Assembly (NCBI GenBank): GCA_964576535.1 | Contig: CAZNWB010000004.1 | Location: 10,597 to 74,596 of the forward strand | Source: an uncultured bacterium | GTDB lineage: Bacteria > Methylomirabilota > Methylomirabilia > Methylomirabilales > 2-02-FULL-66-22 | Length of the DNA: 64,000 bases | Direction of reading: 5' to 3' | Shown here: in pieces, positions 17,543-26,495 of the stretch | Layout: the number at the start of each line of letters is the position of its first letter | Numbering within the stretch: position 1 is the first letter of the stretch | Program-made: the position numbers and the translations under genes | The notes under the pieces: model-generated | Databases searched by the model: none | The model's input: only the letters and a program-made list of their open reading frames with translations | Told to the model about the DNA's origin: nothing

Positions 17543-18502
17543 TCATGCACACAATGGAACCTCAACGCCGAGGCCCACGGCCCTGGCCCGCTCCAGGACC
17601 TTGTATGCCACGGCCACATCCTGGATGGCCAGCCCATTGGATTTGAAGAGCGTCACCTCTTCCGCCCGCCGCCTTCCCGGAGCCTTCCCACAGACCACCG
17701 CTCCCAACTCGTGCATCCGCTCCCAGGCTGTGAGCCCCCGGGCCACCGGTGCCATCAGGTCGCCGGACTCGATCTGGGCATCCTCGAGCTGGTCCACCAC
17801 AATCCGGTCGGCTCGACGGATTGTCTCGTCGTCCACCTCGCGCTTCTGGGCCATGTTCGATCCCGCCACGTTGAGGTGCTGCCCGGGCTCGACCAGGTGG
17901 CCGTCAAAGACCGGCTCTCGCGACGACGTGATGGTGATGACGATGTCCGCCCCTTTCACGACATCCACAGGCGCTGCAACCGGCCGGACCCCGCACCCCA
18001 GGAGCTTCTCCATATCCAGGCAGAAGCGTTGCCGGCGCTCACCATCTCGGCTGTAGGCCCGAACCTCTCGGATCGGCCGCACCGTGCACACCGCCTGGAG
18101 CTGCGTCCGGGCCTGGCGACCCGTCCCGAAAATCCCGACGATGCTGGCCTCGGCCCGGGCCAGATACTTAGTGGCCACCCCACTGGCGGCCCCGGTACGG
18201 ATCTGCCCCAGTCGATCCGCTTCGATGATCCCGCGGAGATCCCCGGTCTCCGTGCTGAACAGGAGGACGACGAACCGGGCCTTCCCCGCCACTGCGCTAT
18301 ACGTCTTCAGGCCCATAACGCCCCAGGCCGGCATGCCACCCGCCATGACGTGCAGCACGCCGCTGGGAACGAAGACCCGCCGCCGCGGCTGGTTCGGTGC
18401 CCGGCCCTCGCCGTGCTGCCGAAGGACCTCCTCCACAGCCTCCAGGGCAGTGGGCATGTCCAGCAGGCGTTCGACATCGGATTCCCGCAGGAGCAACGCC
18501 AC
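17543..18502 (-). CDS. Ornithine cyclodeaminase / mu-crystallin family protein
   Basis: Full-length family pattern including the Rossmann motif VGIFGTGRQARTQL. GTG start. Confidence 0.8.
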   Translation of the reverse strand: MALLLRESDVERLLDMPTALEAVEEVLRQHGEGRAPNQPRRRVFVPSGVLHVMAGGMPAWGVMGLKTYSAVAGKARFVVLLFSTETGDLRGIIEADRLGQIRTGAASGVATKYLARAEASIVGIFGTGRQARTQLQAVCTVRPIREVRAYSRDGERRQRFCLDMEKLLGCGVRPVAAPVDVVKGADIVITITSSREPVFDGHLVEPGQHLNVAGSNMAQKREVDDETIRRADRIVVDQLEDAQIESGDLMAPVARGLTAWERMHELGAVVCGKAPGRRRAEEVTLFKSNGLAIQDVAVAYKVLERARAVGLGVEVPLCA

Positions 18503-18623
18503 GATGTTTCCCCCCGCCTCTCTCCCCTTCCCATCCCGTCTATCTAGAGGTTACAGCACCTGGAAACGCATGCAACCAAAAACTCTCTGGGAGCGGTGAG
18601 AGCCTAGCCTGATTCCCATCCAT

Positions 18624-19343
18624 TCAGCCGGCCGTGCGTTTGCGTGCTGCCTCCAGCTTCTCCGGCGAGCCGATATCCTGCCAATACCTCCCGTCGGCCC
18701 GGTAGGCGACGATCCGTTCCCCCTCCCCGGCAAGCCGCAGGTATGTCCCGGTGATGGGAAAGACTCCCGTTTCGGTCATCTTGGCAAAGATGCCTGGGTC
18801 GATCACGTGGATCCCGGTGAAGGCGAGCCGTTCAACGTCGGTGACCGCCCCCGCCGCCCACTCTACGCCTTCCGGCAACTCCCGGCCGCACAGCCACCCC
18901 GTGCGGTTGAACAAGAGTTGACGCGATCCCGGACGGCTCTGGACCGCGAGCGTCGCCAGCGCCCCGACTTGGCGGTGGAGCCGCAGGAGCCCCTCCAGGT
19001 CGATGTCGCTCAGGACGTCCACGTTGTGGAGGAAGAACGGCCGGCCATCGCGAAAGAACCGCGCCGCGTTCTTCAACCCCCCGCCCGTGTCCAGCAGTTG
19101 AACTTCGCGCGTGAACTCGATGCGGAGCCCAAAGTTGCCCTTGGAGGCCAGGAACTCGACGATGCAGTCGCCCAGGTGAAAGAGGTTCACGACGACCTCG
19201 GTGACGCCGGCCAACGCGAGCCGCCGGATCACCCGCTCGATCATCGGTACCCCGCCAACGTCGAGCAAGGCCTTCGGGGTCTCATCGGTCAGCGGGCGCA
19301 GCCGGCTCCCGACGCCGGCCGCAAGGATCATCGCCTTCATCAT
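18624..19343 (-). CDS. Sugar-1-phosphate nucleotidyltransferase (MurU-like)
   Basis: MKAMILAAGVGSRLRPLTDETPKALL is the NTP-transferase signature. ATGA overlap with the upstream kinase gene. Confidence 0.8.
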   Translation of the reverse strand: MMKAMILAAGVGSRLRPLTDETPKALLDVGGVPMIERVIRRLALAGVTEVVVNLFHLGDCIVEFLASKGNFGLRIEFTREVQLLDTGGGLKNAARFFRDGRPFFLHNVDVLSDIDLEGLLRLHRQVGALATLAVQSRPGSRQLLFNRTGWLCGRELPEGVEWAAGAVTDVERLAFTGIHVIDPGIFAKMTETGVFPITGTYLRLAGEGERIVAYRADGRYWQDIGSPEKLEAARKRTAG

Positions 19344-20806
19344 TTTTCTCCCTCTCCCCTGTTGAGAGAGAGGGTCGGGGTGAGGGGTGCGTGCTCCTGC
19401 GCCAGGTGGCGCACCTCGACATGTACCTGGAACTTCTCGGGCAGGTGCCTGGCGAGCCGCTCGGCGCAGTACACCGAGCGGTGCTGGCCGCCCGTGCAGC
19501 CGAAGGCGACGAGGAGGTCGGTAAAGTTGCGCGTCTGGTAGTTCTCGACGGTTCCGTCGATCACCGCAAAGACATGGCCGATGAAGTCGCGCACGGCCGG
19601 TTCGTTCTCGAGGAACGCGATCACGGGCTCGTCGCGACCCGTCAGCTTCGCGTACTGCTCGAACCTGCCGGGGTTGGGCAGCGCCCGGCAGTCGAACACG
19701 TAGCCGCCGCCGTGCCCCTTCTCGTCCGTCGGCAGGCCATCCATATACGAGAAGCTCTGGATCCGGACCGTGAGCTTGAGCGAGGCGGTCCCGAACTGCC
19801 GCAGGGACGAGGACGCGATCAGGCGGTGCCAGACCTGCGTCAGCTCGGGCAGTTCGACGGGAAGTTCGGCCGTCCGCAGCAGGTACTCCAGGTTCCGGAT
19901 CGCGTACGGGATGCTGGCCAGGAAGTGGTGCTTCCGCTCGTAGAAGCCCCGCAGGCCGTAGGCGCCCATGGCCTGCATGATCCGGATGTAGACGAAGCCT
20001 GGGTAGGTGGTCAAGAAGGCGCTGTGGTCGATCGGCTCGAGCCTCCCGGCGGCTTGGAGGTACCGTTCGAGCAGTTCGTCGCGGACCTCGAAGGGCAGGT
20101 CGGCCTTGGCGTCGAACAGCAGGGACGCGACGTCATACTGCAGCGCCCCGCGGCGCCCACCCTGGTAATCGATGAAGAACGGCCTCCCCTCCCGGACCAT
20201 GATGTTGCGGGACTGGAAGTCACGGTAGAGGAAGAAGCGCCGCTCGGCCGCGAGCAGGAACTCGGCAAACCGCTCGAAATCGTCCTCCAGTGCCTGCTCG
20301 CTGAAGGGAATCTTCGCCAGCCGAAGGAAGTAGTACTTGAAGTAGTTGAGATCCCACAGCATGGACTGCTTGTCGAAGCTGGATCGCGGGTAGCACACGT
20401 CGTAGTTCAACGTCCGGCCGGCCTCGATCTGGAATCGCGGGAGGAGCACGACCACCTTCCGGTACAGGTCGAGGGTCTCGCTCGACACTCCACCTTCGGC
20501 GCGATTCGTCGTGAGGAACTGGAAAAGGGTCGTGTCGCCCAGATCCTCCTCCAGGTACATCCCCCGGTCGAGATCCTCGGCGTAGATCTCGGGGACCGGC
20601 AGGCCGCATGTGCGGAAGTGGCGGGAGAACTCCAGGAAGGCGCGGTTCTCCAGGACGTCCGGATTGATGACGCCGATCGCCGTCCGCGACGCCGCCGACA
20701 GACGGAAGAGCTTCCGAGCCGAGGCGTCGCCCTTGAGGGGTGCGACGCCCTCGACCGGCTCCCGGAACCGGCTTTCGAACAGGACCTTGAGCGGCTGCTC
20801 GAGCAT
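19340..20806 (-). CDS. Aminoglycoside-phosphotransferase-fold kinase (AmgK-like) fused to a RapZ C-terminal-like domain
   Basis: The N-terminal ~330 aa are APH/choline-kinase-like (FLYRDFQSRNIMV, FIDYQG). The C-terminus GGGYVFDCRALPNPGR...GCTGGQHRSVYCAERLA matches the RapZ C-domain (YVFDVRFLPNP...GCTGGKHRSV). Confidence 0.75.
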   Translation of the reverse strand: MLEQPLKVLFESRFREPVEGVAPLKGDASARKLFRLSAASRTAIGVINPDVLENRAFLEFSRHFRTCGLPVPEIYAEDLDRGMYLEEDLGDTTLFQFLTTNRAEGGVSSETLDLYRKVVVLLPRFQIEAGRTLNYDVCYPRSSFDKQSMLWDLNYFKYYFLRLAKIPFSEQALEDDFERFAEFLLAAERRFFLYRDFQSRNIMVREGRPFFIDYQGGRRGALQYDVASLLFDAKADLPFEVRDELLERYLQAAGRLEPIDHSAFLTTYPGFVYIRIMQAMGAYGLRGFYERKHHFLASIPYAIRNLEYLLRTAELPVELPELTQVWHRLIASSSLRQFGTASLKLTVRIQSFSYMDGLPTDEKGHGGGYVFDCRALPNPGRFEQYAKLTGRDEPVIAFLENEPAVRDFIGHVFAVIDGTVENYQTRNFTDLLVAFGCTGGQHRSVYCAERLARHLPEKFQVHVEVRHLAQEHAPLTPTLSLNRGEGEK

Positions 20807-20814
20807 CGTCGGAT

Positions 20815-21087
20815 TTACGCCTTCCGGTATACCTCCCGCCGATGACCGATCCTCACAATCAGCACCACCAGTGCATCGTCCCGGATCTGGTAGATGATCC
20901 GGTAATCGCCCGCCCTGATTCTGTAAAGGCCCTTCTCGCCCGCGAGGCTCTCCACGCCGTGGGGCCGAGGGTTCTCCGCCAAGGCGTCAATCCGTGGCCG
21001 AAGGCGTCGGCGAACGTCCTCGGCGAGGGCACGGAAGCCCCGATCCGCAGCCGGTGCGAATTCGATACGATAGCGTCGCGGGGCCAC
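20815..21087 (-). CDS. RelE/ParE-family type II toxin
   Basis: 90 aa; LYRIRAGDYRIIYQIRDDALVVLIVRIGHRREVY. Confidence 0.85.
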   Translation of the reverse strand: MAPRRYRIEFAPAADRGFRALAEDVRRRLRPRIDALAENPRPHGVESLAGEKGLYRIRAGDYRIIYQIRDDALVVLIVRIGHRREVYRKA

Positions 21088-21342
21088 CTAAAGCCCCAGG
21101 TCCTTCTTGATCTTCTCCCAGGGGATCGTGCCCTTCCGGCCAGCCTCCTTCAGGGCTGCTCGCGCCGTCTCCAAATCCAACCGGTCCTCCAGCCTCTGCA
21201 GCAATTCGAGGTCCTCCATGGGGACGATCGCCGCGAGGTCTTTCCCTCGGCGATGGAGGACGACACGATTCTTCCCGTAGGCTACCCGGTTGAGGGTGGT
21301 GGCGAAATCATTCCTGGCTTCGCTCGCCTTGACACGTGTCAT
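21088..21342 (-). CDS. Phd/YefM-family antitoxin
   Basis: VKASEARNDFATTLNRVAYGKNRVVLHRRGKDLAAIVPMEDLELL. Directly abuts the toxin gene. Confidence 0.8.
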   Translation of the reverse strand: MTRVKASEARNDFATTLNRVAYGKNRVVLHRRGKDLAAIVPMEDLELLQRLEDRLDLETARAALKEAGRKGTIPWEKIKKDLGL

Positions 21343-21516
21343 TGGACGTCTCCTGTGCAATTTGTCTGTATCGTACAATACAGCGCATTTGGCGGATAGT
21401 CAAACTTCCTGCGCGCTCCCACCGCTCAGGCCGTGGTGCCCACCCGTCGTCTGTGAAAGCCCCCAAAACACGAAGGCCCTGACCTGTGTCTGGCCAGGGC
21501 CTGCTGGAGGTTCGCT

Positions 21517-21593
21517 TGGTTGCGGGGGCTGGATTTGACCCAGCGACCTTTGAGTTATGAGCCCAACGAGCTACCGGACTGCTCCATCCTACG
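21517..21593 (-). pseudogene. Degenerate duplicate of tRNA-fMet (pseudo-tRNA)
   Basis: Aligns with the tRNA at 22531..22607 plus ~50 nt of its downstream hairpin. Acceptor 5' strand is CGTAGGA instead of CGCGGGG (2 mispairs), and the T-loop is GTCAAAT instead of TTCAAAT. Confidence 0.7.
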
Positions 21594-21682
21594 AAGCGAG
21601 ACGAGCTCAGCTAAGCGGAGGGTGCTAAATTCTTTGGCTGGGAAAGGACATCCGGCAGGAGATGTCCCTGGGTAGAGATCCT

Positions 21683-22078
21683 CTAGCGATTGGCGAGGAC
21701 CGAGAATCCCTTTCCACTAATCAAGCGTTCATCTGCGGTGACCAAGGTCAGGTGAAGAAGCCTGGCGGTCGCCGCAATCAGCCTGTCGGCCGGGTCTCCA
21801 TGAGGAAGACGGACATGGTGTGTTTCCAGGGCGACCTCATGCGTGATCGGGGCTTCCCTTAGTGGAGCCTTCCTCATAGCCTCTTGGATCCAAGCGTCAA
21901 CGGCTTTGTCCAGGAAAACCCGTTTCCTCTCCACGAGCATCACGAGTTCCCATGTGCTAATCGGCGAGAGCCAGAGCTCGTTCTCCTTGCTCACGATCGC
22001 TTTCGCCACGCGGCCGGTCAAGTTTTCCGGGGCGAGCAAGCTCCAGAGCCAGATGTGCGTGTCGAGGAGGAGTTTCAC
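21683..22078 (-). CDS. vapC: VapC (PIN-domain) type II toxin
   Basis: The GTG start overlaps the antitoxin stop (GTGA). VKLLLDTHIWLW...GDPADRLIAATA...LVTADERL carries the PIN acidic residues. Confidence 0.85.
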   Translation of the reverse strand: MKLLLDTHIWLWSLLAPENLTGRVAKAIVSKENELWLSPISTWELVMLVERKRVFLDKAVDAWIQEAMRKAPLREAPITHEVALETHHVRLPHGDPADRLIAATARLLHLTLVTADERLISGKGFSVLANR

Positions 22079-22317
22079 GATCGAAGCGCCTCCCATTCTC
22101 GTCGGTTTACGACAGGAGACACGATATCGCCCTTGATCTGTCCGCTCGACTTCATGACCCCCAGCCAGTCTTCCGGCCGAGGAAGTGCCGAAGGAGGTAC
22201 AACCTCCGCCACGGGTTCGCCAAACCGGGTGATGAGGACGGGTTTCCGCGTCCGCCGTACTCGTTCGAGGACCGCCAGACAGGTTGCCTTGAATTTCGAG
22301 ATTGCGATCTTTTCCAT
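22075..22317 (-). CDS. Phd/YefM-type antitoxin partner of VapC
   Basis: ATG after GGGAGG. MEKIAISKFKATCLAVLERVRRTRKPVLITRFGEPVAEVVP. Confidence 0.8.
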   Translation of the reverse strand: MEKIAISKFKATCLAVLERVRRTRKPVLITRFGEPVAEVVPPSALPRPEDWLGVMKSSGQIKGDIVSPVVNRREWEALRS

Positions 22318-22480
22318 TTGGAAGAACCTCCCAGCCTGTGCGCAAACTACCATAGTCAAAGACCATGGTCAAACCATTTCTGGGGCTGCAACGAGCCGTC
22401 ATGGTCGGCGAGGGGCCGTTCGAATCGCCAGGTGAATCGGCGGACCTCACACGAATGGGTTCCGTGAACGTAGGCCCCCT

Positions 22481-22515
22481 AACACGAAGGCCCTGACCGG
22501 TGTCTGGCCAGGGCC
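22481..22515 (-). terminator. Hairpin terminator downstream of tRNA-fMet
   Basis: GGCCCTGACC / GGCCAGGGCC stem (1 mismatch) followed on the minus strand by CUUCGUGUU. A diverged twin sits at about 21468-21500. Confidence 0.45.
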
Positions 22516-22530
22516 TGCGGGAAGTTCGTT

Positions 22531-22607
<77 letters not shown>

Positions 22608-22665
22608 ACCGGATACTATGCGGGCACCTATCATGTGTCAAGGCCTTTCTCCGGTCAAAGACGCT

Positions 22666-22811
22666 AACCGCCAAGGCGCCAAGAACGCCAAGGCCGGGCC
22701 TCATTGGGGGGAAGAAACGGAACTTCTGAAGGCCCCAGGAAGGTGTCTTCGGGTTTTCCCGTGGGGAGATCGGAAGTTCGTATTCTTGGCGACCTTGGCG
22801 TCTTGGCGGTT
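22666..22811. repeat. Periodic hairpin element (core CCAAG / CTTGG)
   Basis: Left arm CCGCCAAG GCGCCAAG AACGCCAAG. Right arm TTCTTGGC GACCTTGGC GTCTTGGC, ending at the rlmN stop. Confidence 0.7.
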
Positions 22812-23872
22812 CAACCCTTCTCCTTTTCGGTGCGGAGCATGCCGCAGGCGGCGGAGATGTCCCAGCCGCGGCTTTCCCGGATCGTGGCGGTGAGGCCGGC
22901 GTCGTGGAGGATCTGTTGGAAGCCCTCCACCCGTTTCCGAGGAGAGGGCTTATCCGGCAGGTCGGGGGCGGCGTTGAACGGAATCAGATTGATCTTGCAG
23001 CGAATCCCCCGCAGGAGGCCGACGAGACGCTTCGCATCTTGCTGTGAGTCGTTCACCCGGTCCAGCATCACGTACTCGAAGGTCAGCCGCCGCCGGTTCG
23101 GCAAGGGGTAGTCGCGGCAGGCCTTCAGCAATTCCGCAATGGGCCAGCGCCGATTGATGGGCATGATCTGGTCGCGTACCTCGTCGGTGGTCGCGCTGAG
23201 GGAGACCGCCAGGTTGACATTCAGGCCCGATGCCGCCAGCTTCTGGATGCCCGGCACGTGTCCCACCGTGGACAGGGTAATCCGGCGCGGGGAGAAGCTG
23301 GCGCCGCGCTCGTCGCCCAGGATCCGGAGGGCCCGCTCGACCTGCGGGAAGTTCAACAGGGGCTCCCCCATCCCCATGAGGACGATGTTGGAGATCCGCT
23401 CGCCTCGCTCCAAACGGTCTTGCAAGGCCAGCATCTGCCCTACGATCTCCCCGGCTCTCAGGTTCCGGCGGACGCCCATCAGACCTGTCAGGCAGAACCG
23501 GCACTCCAGCGGGCATCCCACCTGGGTCGAGATGCATGCGGTCAGGCGATCCTCATCGGGGATCAGGACACTTTCGATTTCCTCCTCATCGGCCAGCCGA
23601 AGGAGGTATTTGCGGGTCCCGTCCAGCGAGCGTTGGACCTGCGCCACCGCCGGCCGGCTCACCCGGGCGCGGCTGGCCAGTGCCGCACGCAGGGTCCGGG
23701 ACAGGGTGGTCATGACCTCAATGTCCAGGGCGCGCCGCGCGTGCACCCAGTGGAAGACCTGCCGTCCCCGGTATCGGGGCTGGCCCAGCTCTGCCAGCAG
23801 GGCATCGACCTCCGCGGGCAGCAGGCCCACGAGATCAATCCGGGAATCGCTCATCGTCCTCCCCCCAGGCAT
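22811..23872 (-). CDS. rlmN: 23S rRNA/tRNA (adenine-C2)-methyltransferase RlmN (radical SAM)
   Basis: YRGRQVFHWVH...STQVGCPLECRFCLTG...GMGEPLLN...CGML. Confidence 0.9.
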   Translation of the reverse strand: MPGGRTMSDSRIDLVGLLPAEVDALLAELGQPRYRGRQVFHWVHARRALDIEVMTTLSRTLRAALASRARVSRPAVAQVQRSLDGTRKYLLRLADEEEIESVLIPDEDRLTACISTQVGCPLECRFCLTGLMGVRRNLRAGEIVGQMLALQDRLERGERISNIVLMGMGEPLLNFPQVERALRILGDERGASFSPRRITLSTVGHVPGIQKLAASGLNVNLAVSLSATTDEVRDQIMPINRRWPIAELLKACRDYPLPNRRRLTFEYVMLDRVNDSQQDAKRLVGLLRGIRCKINLIPFNAAPDLPDKPSPRKRVEGFQQILHDAGLTATIRESRGWDISAACGMLRTEKEKG

Positions 23873-24489
23873 GCCCGGATCCCTCCCACCTCATCCACGG
23901 CCGCCGCAGGAGCCTTCAGGCCGAGAATCCCGTCCCGCAGGACCTCTCCCTCGTCGAAATATGGGATCCCCCACAGCAGAACGTCCTTGATCGCGCAGCG
24001 CATCTCCAGCCCGGTCACGTCCACCCGCCGATCAATGACGGTCAACAGGTGCGGCTCGACGTACGCCTTGGCCTCTTCCAGGCTGCGGGTGCATCCCACC
24101 ACGAGCGCAGGACTCGCGGGCTCCAGGCGGACTCGCTTCTCGGTATAGATCATCCCCGGATCCCCGAAGTAGGAGGCATTGTGCAGCTCGAACCCCGTAA
24201 CGTAGACCCACTCGACCGGTGGGATCTGTCGAGCCAGGGCCTGTCGTTCTGGATCCTCCCAGGAGGTCGCATACTGCACGCGGAAGGCCCACAGGGGAAG
24301 ATGAAGAACGGGTCGGTCCGACGAAAGAGCGGCCCGAGCGGTGGCGGCCTGGCGCCCCACGAATGCCTCCCCCACCACTTCATGTGGAACCTGGCAATCG
24401 TTGCACCAGAACACCACATCCTGCTGCAGACCGCGGAAGCCTCCGCCGCACCGCGGACACCTGAGGGCCAGGACCGTGGCGGCAGTCAT
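23851..24489 (-). CDS. Zinc-ribbon protein, paralogue family with the next two genes (no TM)
   Basis: CPRCGG...x12...CNDCQ, then HLPLWAFRV and LLWGIPYF motifs. Overlaps the rlmN start. Confidence 0.6.
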   Translation of the reverse strand: MTAATVLALRCPRCGGGFRGLQQDVVFWCNDCQVPHEVVGEAFVGRQAATARAALSSDRPVLHLPLWAFRVQYATSWEDPERQALARQIPPVEWVYVTGFELHNASYFGDPGMIYTEKRVRLEPASPALVVGCTRSLEEAKAYVEPHLLTVIDRRVDVTGLEMRCAIKDVLLWGIPYFDEGEVLRDGILGLKAPAAAVDEVGGIRACLGGGR

Positions 24490-24490
24490 G

Positions 24491-25612
24491 TCACCCTCTC
24501 CCCCGGGACCCCCGTCCAGGGCCCAGCAACCACTCAGCCAGCCTGGCGCTCAACTCACCAACTGGGCCGCCTCCCCAGTCCCCCTGCATGATAGGCTGGG
24601 TGGCCTCTTCGTCAAGCAGGACCTCGCCCCCCTGACGGAACACGCTCCACCCCACCCACGCCAGGAAGAGCGCCACCGCACCTCCGACCCCGAGTGCAAG
24701 CAAAGTCCCCAAAGCACCGGTGACCCAACCGGGCGCGTTGCCCAGGGCGAGGCCGACCCCAAAAGACTCCCGTGCCAGGCGGCCAAAGCAGAAGGCTGCG
24801 AGGGCCAACGCCCCCATAGCGATCGCAGCCGCCCGCCGGATCTCGACCGGAGCCCTGGCGCGAAGCACCATCCCCGTCACCCCATCCACCGTGATCTCGT
24901 ACGGACGGCCCGCATGCCGGTAGCGCGCATGCCATATCGGGTAGTACAAGACCTTCAATCGCTGTTCCACGACACCGGTGCGATCGCCTTTGACCTTGAT
25001 GCGCCGCTGGGAGTCACCGGCGAATCCGACTGGCGGCTTCGTCGGGACGAAAACGGTCGCACGGGTTTGCAGGACCACGAGGTCGAACGGTTCCAAGGGT
25101 GCTGGTGTCGGCCCACGCCGCATGCCCTCCAGCCGAATCCGGTCCACTCCAAGCTCGGACAGGTCGCAGCCCGGCCCGATCCGCACATACTCCTGCTGGA
25201 TGACCCGCGTGTCTTCCTTCTCCACGCGAGGCTCCAGCAACCAGCGCTGGAAGTCTCGGTTCTGCTCTCCATCCTCCGTCGGTGGCGGCGGGGGCTTGGC
25301 CCCTTCCTTGAGAAGGAAGGTTCCGAGACGGGCGCCGGTGAACTCGTAAAAGGGCACGTAACAGAGGGAGATCTCCTGGATGCGCCCGTGCGCGCGAAGG
25401 TTCTGCGGAAGCATCGGCCGGGTCAAGAACTTCTGGGCAGCACTCAGGGCTGCCTCCCGGCTGATGCCGAGGGTGATCGCGTATCGGGGCATCGCCCCTG
25501 GGATCAACGCCAGGCTTCCATTACCGCAGTACCGGCAGATCACTACCCGCTGCCCCTCTGCGAGGGAGAGCGTCCCGCCACACGAGGGACAACCGAGATG
25601 GGTCAAGGGCAT
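24491..25612 (-). CDS. Zinc-ribbon membrane protein (paralogue family)
   Basis: CPSCGG...x12...CRYCG; CYVPFYEF and VLYYPIWHARY motifs; 2-3 C-terminal TM helices. Confidence 0.65.
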   Translation of the reverse strand: MPLTHLGCPSCGGTLSLAEGQRVVICRYCGNGSLALIPGAMPRYAITLGISREAALSAAQKFLTRPMLPQNLRAHGRIQEISLCYVPFYEFTGARLGTFLLKEGAKPPPPPTEDGEQNRDFQRWLLEPRVEKEDTRVIQQEYVRIGPGCDLSELGVDRIRLEGMRRGPTPAPLEPFDLVVLQTRATVFVPTKPPVGFAGDSQRRIKVKGDRTGVVEQRLKVLYYPIWHARYRHAGRPYEITVDGVTGMVLRARAPVEIRRAAAIAMGALALAAFCFGRLARESFGVGLALGNAPGWVTGALGTLLALGVGGAVALFLAWVGWSVFRQGGEVLLDEEATQPIMQGDWGGGPVGELSARLAEWLLGPGRGSRGRG

Positions 25613-25647
25613 CGAGACCTCAGCCTATGGGGATGTTCCCGTCAAAA

Positions 25648-25734
25648 GCGTTCGGTGGTTCGGGAGTTCGGGAGTTCGGTTGTTCCCGGTCAGAGTGAAC
25701 CACCGAACAACCGAACCCTCGAACGACCGAACGG
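25648..25734. repeat. Period-8 hairpin element (core TTCGG / CCGAA)
   Basis: GCGTTCGG TGGTTCGG GAGTTCGG GAGTTCGG TTGTTCCC GGTCAGAG TGAACCAC CGAACAAC CGAACCCT CGAACGAC CGAACGG. Confidence 0.8.
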
Positions 25735-25748
25735 TCTGAATCTCTCCT

Positions 25749-26495
25749 TCACACCCCAGCCCTCCCCTCACCACCGACGACTGCCCAATACAGTGCCAGG
25801 GCGGTCAGGCCGACCGCTACCCCCGCGAGCCAAAACGGCGGGATCAGCACCGCTTCCAGGAACACGACCAAGAAGCCCGCGATCCCCGTCGTGAGCGTGA
25901 TGGCCTGGGGCGCGGACGATGCGCGGACCCCCGGAGGCATCCGTTCCGGATAGACGCGACCTGAGCAAGCCTCTACGTTGACGGCAAGCCGGCCGGTGCC
26001 GACAGTCACGTGGACCTCGTAGAACGGCACGTGGACGAGGTCTCCCGCGGCCGCCGAGGCGGCGCCCTCGCCGTAGACGCGGTTGCGGGCCGCGACCTCC
26101 GCTACGGTCGGCTCAACGAGACGGGCTGTCCCGACGATCGACGGGTCGAAGATCAGCTGCTCTGCATCGGGGGTCGGAAGATCGGTCCAGCGGGCCTCGA
26201 GCGCCGACCAGGCCGGAAAGAGTCGCGGGCGCCCCTGAGACGCGAAGCGCCAGAAGGGCTGGTATACGAGGTGGGGTGTGGAAATGTCAGATGGGGCGGG
26301 CAACCCCTGGGCGTCGCACCAAAGCCGTAGCAGAGGTGGGATGTCGGCCGGCCCATGGCGTGGACGGTAGAGCATATGCAGGCGGACACCTGTGAGATCC
26401 AGAACCAGGCTCGTCCCACAGAAGGGACAGCCGAGGAAACCGGTGGTCTCCTGGAGTTGGATCTCACCGCCGCATTGGGGGCAAGGAAGCTTCAC
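25749..26495 (-). CDS. Zinc-ribbon membrane protein (paralogue family)
   Basis: CPQCGG...x13...CPFCG; LVYQPFWRF and [11 protein letters not shown] motifs; two C-terminal TM helices. GTGA overlap with the SPFH gene. Confidence 0.65.
   Translation of the reverse strand: MKLPCPQCGGEIQLQETTGFLGCPFCGTSLVLDLTGVRLHMLYRPRHGPADIPPLLRLWCDAQGLPAPSDISTPHLVYQPFWRFASQGRPRLFPAWSALEARWTDLPTPDAEQLIFDPSIVGTARLVEPTVAEVAARNRVYGEGAASAAAGDLVHVPFYEVHVTVGTGRLAVNVEACSGRVYPERMPPGVRASSAPQAITLTTGIAGFLVVFLEAVLIPPFWLAGVAVGLTALALYWAVVGGEGRAGV

Noticed and set aside
19391-20845. Long antisense ORFs opposite recognisable genes. This one, and likewise 12319..13437(-), 29120..30643(+), 47478..49199(+), 47614..48747(-), 51571..53232(+), 54859..56346(+), 59465..61273(+), 31336..32451(+).
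   Set aside because: Each overlaps a gene with strong family motifs on the other strand or frame. All have the Arg/Gly/Pro/Ala-dominated composition expected from stop-poor alternative frames at ~65% GC.
21683-22450. 255-aa ORF containing the PIN domain.
   Set aside because: Only the last ~131 aa are PIN-like. The upstream part overlaps the antitoxin gene in another frame. A GTG start with the classic GTGA overlap at 22075-22078 gives a normal-sized VapC.
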